In this document: piece by piece, positions 1 through 7,940 of the stretch
Numbering within the stretch: position 1 is the stretch's first letter
Layout of the letters: every line of letters begins with the position of its first letter
Source: a candidate division FCPU426 bacterium
GTDB taxonomy: Bacteria > Oederibacteriota > JAAXVQ01 > JAUVAV01
Length of the DNA stretch: 23,261 nucleotides
NCBI GenBank assembly: GCA_030637655.1
Contig: DAOWGI010000020.1
Coordinates: 1 to 23,261, forward strand
Direction: 5' to 3'
The notes under the pieces: model-generated
Told to the model about the DNA's origin: nothing
Seen by the model: only the letters and a program-made list of their open reading frames with translations
Databases searched by the model: none
Translations under genes and position numbers: made by a program

Positions 1-177
1 ACGAATTCCGCAGTTCATCGAAGCTGTTTACAACCAAAAACGGGTTCACTCCGGTATTCAGTACTTGCCACCAGCAGAGTTTGAGGCTATATTGCAGGAC
101 AAGAAGCGAAAGGCATCACTAGGCTAGGTCACCCTAAAACTGGCAGAATAGTTCTCCAGTTCACAGGGTACACTCCA
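1..177 (+). mobile_element. IS3-family insertion sequence, right-hand end (partial, truncated by window start)
   Basis: Frame 2 encodes RIPQFIEAVYNQKRVHSGIQYLPPAEFE, matching the IS3 integrase-core C-terminal motif (FIE.VYN..R.HS...Y.PP.EFE). It is followed by TTCTCCAGTTCACAGGGTACACTCCA (152-177), which ends in CA like an IS3 terminal inverted repeat; an unrelated ORF resumes immediately after. Confidence 0.85.
2..127 (+). CDS. IS3-family transposase, C-terminal fragment (5' end outside window)
   Basis: Manual translation RIPQFIEAVYNQKRVHSGIQYLPPAEFEAILQDKKRKASLG*, stop TAG at 125-127; not in the ORF track. Confidence 0.85.
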   Translation, partial: RIPQFIEAVYNQKRVHSGIQYLPPAEFEAILQDKKRKASLG

Positions 178-722
178 CCTTGTACGCATCCTGTGAAGAT
201 GGACATATATATCAATTCCTATGGAAAGATAGTATATGGAAAAAGAATGATCTAGGGACAGCGGGAACACCATTGCTGGCATTAGATATTGGCGACGGAG
301 ATAATGATAACCAACATGAGATTTATGCGGTTGGTGAAAATAATCATATTTATGAGTTTGAGGCAAACAGTGAAATACCAACACCAACACCGACAATTAC
401 TTTAACTTGCACCAGTACTCCGGTACCCGGATTTGATGGCAGGATTATATCGAAAAAATATATCTATGCCGCGCCCAATCCAGCGCGGGGCAGTCATGCC
501 AATATTGTGATCTATACTCAACAGGCTGCAGATGTAAGCGGTATACTCTTTACTACTTCCAACCAGGAAGTGCTGTCTTTTAGGCACCACTACTCAGCAG
601 GCAAGAATGTCAAGCGCATAAATATCAGCAACCTGGCAAATGGCGTGTATCTCCTGCTGGTCAAGGCCCGAGCAGGCGGGGTGGAGGAGCGAGTGATTAA
701 AAAAATCGCTATCGTGAAATGA
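178..722 (+). pseudogene. 3' fragment of an IS-interrupted secreted protein: FG-GAP/propeller-like repeat, Pro/Thr linker, T9SS type-A-like C-terminal sorting domain
   Basis: The ORF begins 3 nt after the IS end with no RBS or signal peptide. It contains repeat-like YASCEDGHIYQF / LDIGDGDNDNQHEIYAVGENNHIYEF, linker IPTPTPTITLTCTSTP, and CTD-like YAAPNPARG...NLANGVYLLLVKA...IKKIAIVK. Confidence 0.75.
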
Positions 723-2987
723 AAATAACAAACCAATTATTTCAAAATAAAAAATATTGGTCAATTATTGCACTGGTTGCAATAATTGGATTAAGTATAT
801 TTTTGCGCTTAAATACGATTAAAGAACCTTTAACACTTGATATGTGCGTGTATGCTTATGTCGGACACCAGATGCTGGAGGGAGAAAAGCTTTATAGTGA
901 TTTGGTGGATAATAAACCGCCGGGTATTTATTTCCTCTATATGTTTGCGGAAATGATAGGAGGATACAATCAATATACTTATTATTGGTTAGGAATAATA
1001 TTTACCATATTATCTCTTTTGTTAATATTTATAATTTTGTATCGAAATACCAGTGTTTTATTTGCTATTGCCGGCTCGCTAATGTGGTCGATAATTTCAT
1101 CTTCTTATTCCATTGGTGCACATCAACCGAATACCGAAATATTTATAAACACATTTTTATTATTTTCTTTATGGGCGTTTTCAGAATTCTTGGGAGGGAA
1201 AAAGGCATATCTTTGGCTGGCGGGAATTGGGTTCGGTATTGCTGCGGTGTTTAAAACCAATGTGTTGTTTGTGGTGTTGGCCGTTAGCATGTATTTTCCA
1301 TGGATGCTTATAAAAAACAAGAATTATAGTGAGTTTAAAAAAAACAATTTATGATGTTATTAAATTGTATATACCCGGAATAGTAATTTGGATATGTGTG
1401 TGTGTCTTATTTGGAATCAATGGGGTGTTTGGTGATTTTTATGATGTTGTATTTAAAGCCCTTAAGAACTATGCAGGAAATATCTTCGTTAATGAAATAT
1501 ATCATTTGATTTCCATGCTGAGGTTAGTATATGAACCTGTTTTTAAAGAATTAGTCATATTGATGATATTATCCATTGTTTGGATTGTTTGGAAAAACAA
1601 ATATGAGAATAGTAAATTTAAATTATTGATGGCACTTTATTTTGTGGGGCAAATGCTGATGATTGGTGCAGTGCGCGATCGTGGTGTATATTATTATCAA
1701 ATCATACTTGCTTCTGTATGTCTGATGCCGATGCTGCTCATGTTTGCTTTTGATAAATATCTGAAGAGTCGTAACACTGGAAAAAAAATAGTTTTAGTAT
1801 GTTTTGCAATTATATTCGGTTATGTTATTTGCTTTCAATGGCCATATATCTGGATGACATCACAAGAATTTGCGATAAAAACAAGTACCAATAAAACCGT
1901 GAAAGAGCGTGAGTTAGGAAAACTGCTTGCTGGAATAACTGGTCCAGATGAAAAAATATATCAGTGGGGTGGAGCTTCAACATTATATTTCTACAGTAAA
2001 AGAGAAGCTGCCTCGGGAATTGTGAATAACCATATTCTATTTTTTACTGAAAAAGATATGACATTAAAATATATGAATAAAATAATAAATGATCTTCTAA
2101 CAAATAAACCCGCATTTTTTATTTTTACGTCTTGGTTGGGACAAATAAAGAATCATAAAGTTTTTGGTGCTATAAAGCATAACTATCGATATTTTGGTTC
2201 TTTTGGCAAGAATGTGATTTATGAACGCTTTGGTAGAGAAGATCGGTTTGAAAATGAATTGGAAAAGATGATGAATGAATCTGAAGAATATGGATATCGG
2301 CCAAAAGATAAGCTGCGTTTAGCACTAGATACTTCGGTGGTAAATGAAGAAGTATTGTTCAGTGAACCTAAAAAGTATATTGAAGTTGAGGGCCAAGGCA
2401 GATATTCGAGATATGTAAATAACGGGATTGTGTTTGCCAACAGTGGCGAGTTTGATGAAGCGAGTAGCGTGTGGTTTGCTGCGAAGAAAATGCGGCCGGA
2501 TAAATATGAGGCACATGCGAATATTGCTATTTTAGCTCAAAGACAAAACAAGCTGAATGACGCTATTGATGGATTTGAATGTTTGGCGACAAAGTACGGC
2601 TCACCTTGGACTGAATATTATCGGTCAGCAATATTAGATTTAGAGCAGGAAGCTAAAGAGGTTTTATCAGAACCAACAAAAAAAAACATAAAGATGACTC
2701 ACAGAATATTAATGAATGCGCAGGGAACTGAAGAATACGCGAACCTGGTTAATCTTGGTATAAAAGCAGTGCAGGAAAAGAAAATCTATGCTGCTGAGAA
2801 ATATTGGATTAAAGCTAGACGACTACAGCCGGATCGGCCTGAGGCTAGGGCGAACTTAGCGGTGTTAATGGAAAGGAGCAGGAAGTTCGAGCAAGCGCTT
2901 AAAGAATACAAATACGCTGCTGAAAAACTAGGTGCTCCCTGGAATAAGTATTATGAGGAATTAAAGGGTTTTATAGAAAAGCAGTAG
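719..2987 (+). pseudogene. GT-C fold (ArnT/PMT-like, GT39/83-type) membrane glycosyltransferase with C-terminal TPR modules; frameshifted at A8 tract (ORFs 719-1354 and 1329-2987)
   Basis: The N-half has typical GT-C motifs (D..VYAYVG, LYSDLVDNKPPGIY, NTEIF, AVFKTN) and many TM helices. The C-half continues TM helices, then IYQWG...LYFYSKR and TPR-like helices. Removing one A from A8 (1337-1344) fuses them (EFKK|TIYD) into about 755 aa. The start overlaps the upstream stop (ATGA). Confidence 0.75.
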
Positions 2988-3145
2988 TGGTTTTTTTCGT
3001 TTCTAGGTTAATTTATAATTACATTCTCCTAATTATACCCATCAGAATAATGTACAACATATGATAAAACACTGTGAAAATAAGGATATTATAAATTATA
3101 AGTATTTTGTCATATATAAAAATGCTGGGTTAATCTCAATTTTTA

Positions 3146-3173
3146 TTGAAAATATACTAGTTACCAGTATAAT
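3146..3173 (+). promoter_or_regulatory. Putative sigma70 promoter of the yggS operon
   Basis: TTGAAA (3146-3151), 16 nt spacer, TATAAT (3168-3173), immediately upstream of the yggS ATG at 3183. Confidence 0.55.
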
Positions 3174-3182
3174 GCAGTGAAA

Positions 3183-3893
3183 ATGAAGAATCGTGAATTA
3201 ATAATCCAAGAAAACATTGCAAATATAAAGAAACGTATTGCAGCAGCTGCCAAGCGTTCGAAAAGGAGAGCCCAAGATATTACTTTGGTGGCAGTTACAA
3301 AAAACGTTGCAATTGAGGATATTCGTATTGCAATACAAGCCGGGATTAAAATACTGGGTGAGAATAAAGTCCAGGAAGCCAAGACGAAATTTATGCATAT
3401 TGGTCCGGCAGTTACCTGGCATATGTTAGGACATATGCAGACCAATAAAATTCGGGCTGCCTCTGCTATTTTTGATATGGTGCAGTCCGTGGATTCGAAA
3501 AAAGTTTCTGATCTGCTGGATCGGGAAGCGACACGGCTGGATCGTGAGATTAGTGTCTTGGTGGAAGTGAACATTGGGGCGGAAGAAACAAAATTTGGAA
3601 TTCCGATCGAAGATACAACGGATTTAATTCTGCATGTTTCACAGAAACCCAATTTGCGCTTGCGGGGGTTAATGTGTATGGCCCCGTACGTTTCTGATCC
3701 GGAATTAACCCGGCCCTTTTTTCATGAGATGTCGATGCTATTTAATCGTTTTCGCGCTCAACTCGGAGAGTCTTGGAAAATACTCTCCATGGGTATGACA
3801 AATGATTTTGAAGTGGCGATTGAAGAGGGGGCCACGCTGGTTCGCATTGGAACCGGATTGTTTCATACACCGGATTTGAGGAGGGAAGATTGA
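3183..3893 (+). CDS. yggS: YggS family pyridoxal phosphate homeostasis protein (PLPBP)
   Basis: LVAVTK (PLP Lys), LGENKVQEA, WHMLGHMQTNK, GLMCM, LSMGMTNDFEVAIEEGATLVRIGT. ATG 3183 preferred over the in-frame GTG 3177. Confidence 0.96.
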   Translation: MKNRELIIQENIANIKKRIAAAAKRSKRRAQDITLVAVTKNVAIEDIRIAIQAGIKILGENKVQEAKTKFMHIGPAVTWHMLGHMQTNKIRAASAIFDMVQSVDSKKVSDLLDREATRLDREISVLVEVNIGAEETKFGIPIEDTTDLILHVSQKPNLRLRGLMCMAPYVSDPELTRPFFHEMSMLFNRFRAQLGESWKILSMGMTNDFEVAIEEGATLVRIGTGLFHTPDLRRED

Positions 3894-4726
3894 TCCAGCA
3901 CATGATAGGCTTTTTGGGTGCCGGTAATATGGCTGAAGCGCTCATACGAGGTCTGATAGAAACCAACAAGTGTGGAGGCAGTAGCCTCCTGGCTTCGGAT
4001 ATAAATGAGATACGTTTGGCGCATATGTCTAAAACGTATGGCATTTCCACACAACCCGGCAATTTGGCATTGACAGAAGCTGCTGAGGTTTTGCTGCTGG
4101 CCGTAAAACCTCAGCAGGTGGCTGAGGTTTTGGGAGAAATACGATCCGGGCTTGATCCCCAACGTCATACCTTGATTTCCATTGCTGCCGGGATTCCCAC
4201 TGCTTTTATTGAACAGCAGGCACAATGTCCACTGAAAGTTGTCCGGGTGATGCCCAATACACCCGCTCGGTTAAAAGCGGGTGCCGCTGCTTTTTGCTTG
4301 GGGCAATATGCCGGTGAGGCGGAAATCTTGCTTACGCATCTTTTGTTTGAAACGGTCGGTATTGTGGTTCAGGTAAAGGAGTCGTTGCTGAATGCTGTTA
4401 CCGCATTGTCCGGATCCGGTCCGGCTTATATTTTCAAATTGTGTGAAATGATGACAGCTGCCGGACTGAAAATGGGACTGCCGGCGGACGTAGCAGATGA
4501 TTTGGCACGGCAGACTATTTTGGGAGCAGCACGCATGTTGACCGAGACCGGTAAATCTGCCGAGGAACTCAGACAGGCGGTGACCTCGCCCGGCGGTACG
4601 ACCCAAGCAGCCTTGGAGTATTTGGGCAACTCTGATTTTGAGCAGGTATTTCAAGCCGCGCTGTTGGCTGCCAGAGATCGGGCGCAGTCACTAATGCCCA
4701 TCGTGAAAAAGGGAAATGGAAAATAA
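3890..4726 (+). CDS. proC: Pyrroline-5-carboxylate reductase
   Basis: IGFLGAGNMAEA Rossmann motif, LAVKPQ, SIAAGI, RVMPNTP, TALSGSGPAY, VTSPGGTT; TTG start with GAGGAGG-type RBS. Confidence 0.97.
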   Translation: MIQHMIGFLGAGNMAEALIRGLIETNKCGGSSLLASDINEIRLAHMSKTYGISTQPGNLALTEAAEVLLLAVKPQQVAEVLGEIRSGLDPQRHTLISIAAGIPTAFIEQQAQCPLKVVRVMPNTPARLKAGAAAFCLGQYAGEAEILLTHLLFETVGIVVQVKESLLNAVTALSGSGPAYIFKLCEMMTAAGLKMGLPADVADDLARQTILGAARMLTETGKSAEELRQAVTSPGGTTQAALEYLGNSDFEQVFQAALLAARDRAQSLMPIVKKGNGK

Positions 4727-5034
4727 TGTCGCAACTGATGATTACCGGTGGCTGGATATTTAACCTATTGAGTACGATTTGGATAGTGTTGATTGTGGTC
4801 AATTTGATTGTTTCCTGGTTGCCGTCGAAAATCAAAACTCCTACTATTTTTCAACAGTGGTTAAGGCAGGTAGCTGAACCGCCGATCAATCTGCTGCGGC
4901 GTACTTTGCCAACCGTGTATCGGGATATGGATTTTGCCCCCTGGTTAACGATTTTAATTCTGGTTTTGATGAAGGTATTTATTTTTCGGGCCATGATTTA
5001 TTGGGGCATGCTTAATCGGCCGCCAGTGGTTTAA
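4726..5034 (+). CDS. yggT: YggT family membrane protein
   Basis: Two hydrophobic helices with VSWLP...VAEPPINLLRRTLP...MDFAPW pattern; conserved position after proC. Confidence 0.88.
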   Translation: MSQLMITGGWIFNLLSTIWIVLIVVNLIVSWLPSKIKTPTIFQQWLRQVAEPPINLLRRTLPTVYRDMDFAPWLTILILVLMKVFIFRAMIYWGMLNRPPVV

Positions 5035-5038
5035 AAAT

Positions 5039-5329
5039 ATGTCCTTTAGCGTTTTATCCGGTCCCCAGGGAATTACTTTTGAAGTCAAAGTTCAACCAGG
5101 TGCCAAACAGACAGGCTTGGCCGGAGTGTGGGACCATGCCATCAAACTCAAAGTGGCAAAAAAACCTGAAGCCGGGGCTGCCAATCAGGAATGCATTAGA
5201 TTTTTGGCACAGTGTCTGGAAATTCCACGATCAACATTGCGGATTCTCAAAGGGGAATTTTCAACGCGTAAAGTATTTCTGGTCGCAGGAGTTAGTGCTG
5301 AAGAAGTACAAAAGCGACTTACTAAATAA
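5039..5329 (+). CDS. yggU: DUF167/YggU (UPF0235) family protein
   Basis: VKVQPGAKQT...LKVAKKPEAGAANQECIRFLA...ILKGEFSTRK; context after yggT. Confidence 0.92.
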   Translation: MSFSVLSGPQGITFEVKVQPGAKQTGLAGVWDHAIKLKVAKKPEAGAANQECIRFLAQCLEIPRSTLRILKGEFSTRKVFLVAGVSAEEVQKRLTK

Positions 5330-5382
5330 ATATCTGTGAGGCACTACGTGTGTTTCAAAACATAGCATAAAGGAGCCGTGAT

Positions 5383-6207
5383 ATGGAGTTATATACGCAA
5401 ATTCAAGCTGCGGTGAAAACTGTGCGTCATTTTACTAAAGTGAAGCCTGAGGTAGCGATTATTCTCGGGACCGGTTTGGGGGCTTTGGTTAAAGATATAA
5501 AAAACGCGAAAAAAATACCATATGAAAAAATACCTCATTTTCCGCTTTCTACTGTGGAATCTCATGCCGGGCAGTTGATTATTGGTGATTTGATGGGCAA
5601 ACGTGTGGTTGCCATGCAAGGACGTTTTCATCGTTACGAGGGTTATGACTTCCAACAAATCACTTTTCCGGTACGTGTGATGCAAGCCTTGGGCGCGAAA
5701 ATCTTATTCGTTTTTTCAGCCTGTGGGGGAATCAATCGAGATTTTTATCCCGGGGATCTGGCTCTCTTAAGTGATCACATCAATTTGATGGGCGAGACAC
5801 CGTTGGTGGGTCTTAATGATGACCGGCTTGGACCTCGTTTTCCGGATTTGTATAACGCGTACAATGACAAATTGCAGGCTTTGGCGCTGGATGTGGCCAA
5901 AGACCAGAAGCTAACCCTACACCGAGCCGTATATGCCGCCTTAACCGGTCCGTGTCTGGAAACTGTGGCCGAATACCGTTTTTTACAGATAATTGGCGCG
6001 GATTGCGTGGGTATGTCGACAGTACCGGAAGTCATTGTGGCGCGTCACGCGGGGATGCGGGTAATGGGCATTGCCGTGGTCACGGATCGTTGTGTGCCGG
6101 ATCAGGTCGGACCGGCAGATATTCAGGAAATCATTCGGGCGGCCATGGCCGCTGAACCCCAATTAACTAAGTTGGTCAAGGAAGTATTGCGTCGACTTAA
6201 AAATTAA
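5383..6207 (+). CDS. punA: Purine-nucleoside phosphorylase (trimeric PNP/XapA type)
   Basis: IILGTGLG, STVESHAGQL, QGRFHRYEG, DHINL, GPRFPD, GPCLET.AE, VGMSTVPEV; AAGGAG RBS. Confidence 0.93.
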   Translation: MELYTQIQAAVKTVRHFTKVKPEVAIILGTGLGALVKDIKNAKKIPYEKIPHFPLSTVESHAGQLIIGDLMGKRVVAMQGRFHRYEGYDFQQITFPVRVMQALGAKILFVFSACGGINRDFYPGDLALLSDHINLMGETPLVGLNDDRLGPRFPDLYNAYNDKLQALALDVAKDQKLTLHRAVYAALTGPCLETVAEYRFLQIIGADCVGMSTVPEVIVARHAGMRVMGIAVVTDRCVPDQVGPADIQEIIRAAMAAEPQLTKLVKEVLRRLKN

Positions 6208-6221
6208 GGAGGCAACGAATA

Positions 6222-7265
6222 TTGAAAGCAATTGAGTGGAAACAACATAAGCTGATGGTAGTGGATCAATCCAAATTGCCAGGCCAAGTCATGAAAATCC
6301 AGTGTAAAAATCCTAAGCAAATTGCCGAGCTAATTTCAGCGCAAAAAGTTCATGGGAGCGGAATCTGGGGAGTATTGGCTGCTTTTTCAGTATATTTGGG
6401 AGTGAAAACACCTCCCATGGCAAAAACCTATGACAAGTTGATGCAGCAGATTGAGAGTATCTGCACTCTGATTTCAAAAGTACAGCCTACTTCCATGAAT
6501 ATTGCTTGGGCGCTGGACCGGATGCGGCGATGCGCGCGCAATAATCGTGATCACAAGCTGGTTACGTTGCGGGATATCTTACTGCGTGAAGTCATGACAA
6601 TTTTAAAGGAAGAAGAAAAAGCCTCGAAAAGTGTTGCCGCGGTTGGCGCGGATTTAATCCGTGAAGGGGATACCATTTTAACGCACGGCAACACAGGCGC
6701 TTTTTCTTCAGCCGGTTGTGGAACTGCTCTCGGGATGATTATTGAGGCTGCCTCCAAACGTGAAGATGTACATGTTTTTGTGTGTGAGACGCGGCCTGGT
6801 TTGCGTGGCACACGCCAAACCGCTTTGGAATTGAAACAAGCCAAAGTGCCTTTTCAGATCATTACGGATAATATGGTCGGATATTTAATGAAAAAAGGCA
6901 TGGTCGATATCGCTGTGGTAGGCGCCGATCGTGTGGCCATGAACGGTGATATGGCTGGAGAGATCGGGACCTACGGTTTAGCCTCCTTGGCATATCAGCA
7001 CAATGTTTCTTTTTACGTGGCTGCTACTGTGGCTGCCTTTGATCGCAATTTGTTTTCCGGTGAATTGATACCAATACAGGAACGCAAACCGCAAGAAGTC
7101 CTGAGCTTGAACGGTAAAGTATTAGCAGCGCCGGGAGTGAAGGCGTATAACCCGGCTTTTGATATCACGCCGCAGAAGCTCATCAGCGCCATTGTGTGTG
7201 AATTGGGTGTGATTCGCGCGCCGTATGATCAAAATTTAAGGAATTTATTTTCCAATTTGGGGTAA
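6222..7265 (+). CDS. mtnA: S-methyl-5-thioribose-1-phosphate isomerase (MtnA/eIF-2B alpha/beta/delta family) homologue with degenerate active site
   Basis: DQSKLP, ETRP, IITDNMVG, VGADRVAMNGD, IGTY, PIQERKPQEV, YNPAFDITP define the family; key residues are substituted (see findings). TTG start with AAGGAGG RBS. Confidence 0.85.
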   Translation: MKAIEWKQHKLMVVDQSKLPGQVMKIQCKNPKQIAELISAQKVHGSGIWGVLAAFSVYLGVKTPPMAKTYDKLMQQIESICTLISKVQPTSMNIAWALDRMRRCARNNRDHKLVTLRDILLREVMTILKEEEKASKSVAAVGADLIREGDTILTHGNTGAFSSAGCGTALGMIIEAASKREDVHVFVCETRPGLRGTRQTALELKQAKVPFQIITDNMVGYLMKKGMVDIAVVGADRVAMNGDMAGEIGTYGLASLAYQHNVSFYVAATVAAFDRNLFSGELIPIQERKPQEVLSLNGKVLAAPGVKAYNPAFDITPQKLISAIVCELGVIRAPYDQNLRNLFSNLG

Positions 7266-7315
7266 CGTCAGAATTTACTTTGCATTTGCATGCTCCTGCT
7301 AAGGTAGGTCAAAAA

Positions 7316-7555
7316 ATATTATTGTCCAAATTAAAAATCAGCAACCACGGATGAACACTGATTAATACGGATTTTAAAAGCTGTTTCAGCATATTTACTG
7401 TTTTTGCATTTTTTAGACCTTATCAGTATTTATCCGCCGGTCCTGGGATTCCTATTATTTAATATAGAGAGCAGGATGTTCATCTGTGGTTATTTAGGTT
7501 TTTAAAGGGTTTAGTTGATTGATTTTTTCTATTTTCTATTTATTTGGACAGCAAT
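7316..7555. mobile_element. Non-coding MITE-like insertion (~240 bp) with terminal inverted repeats and 9-bp flanking direct repeat
   Basis: GGTCAAAAA at 7307-7315 and 7556-7564. Termini ATTATTGTCCAAAT (7318-7331) and ATTTGGACAGCAAT (7542-7555) are imperfect inverted repeats. Excision restores a reading frame. Confidence 0.72.
7343..7491. repeat. Internal inverted-repeat element (AACCACGGATGAACAC... / ...GTTCATCTGTGGTT type)
   Basis: AACCACGGATGAACA (7343-7357) pairs with TGTTCATCTGTGGTT (7477-7491) with 1 mismatch. The arms match at 26/30 if 7437-7476 is removed and are built of ~10-nt ACGGATGAAC-like units. Confidence 0.75.
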
Positions 7556-7862
7556 GGTCAAAAACTTATTATTACAGCTTTTCCAGCTGGGTCTGTTCGC
7601 GGACGTTTGGTATTCCTTAAAGGAGAAGTACGTCTTGCGGATGGTTCGCTCATTGCTTCAGCCAAAGCCAAATGCCTGAAAATTAAAACCTGAAGCAAAA
7701 TTAAACTTCAGGGGCCAGGTTAGCTTTTGTATCGGTCCAAATACAGCCTAAACAACCCCATTTTTACTCATTGGCATTTGCTGCAATCACGCCAGAAATC
7801 GTCTCATAACGAAACACTCGCATTTTAACAATGTAAAATAAGCACTTTATATCAAACATGAT

Positions 7863-7891
7863 TTGTATTCATAAATTATGTATGCTATATT
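7863..7891 (+). promoter_or_regulatory. Putative sigma70 promoter for the giant gene
   Basis: TTGTAT, 17 nt spacer, TATATT with TGn extension; GAGGGG RBS precedes GTG at 7941. Confidence 0.5.
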
Positions 7892-7940
7892 CTAGGCACT
7901 GTAATAAATTACCATACTTATTTTATCGAGGGGTATAGCT

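Larger units (their letters stand above)
7262..7693 (+). pseudogene. PaaI/hotdog-fold thioesterase C-terminal remnant, 5'-truncated and interrupted by a MITE-like insertion
   Basis: Joining 7262-7315 to 7565-7693 gives the uninterrupted frame VTSEFTLHLHAPAKVGQK|LIITAFPAGSVRGRLVFLKGEVRLADGSLIASAKAKCLKIKT*, resembling the C-half of PaaI thioesterases. Confidence 0.7.

Noticed and set aside
125-151. In-frame TAG in the transposase tail followed by seven more codons, as possible stop-codon recoding
   Set aside because: Single instance in a variable tail; TAG terminates another gene here (2985-2987) and long ORFs are intact under the standard code.
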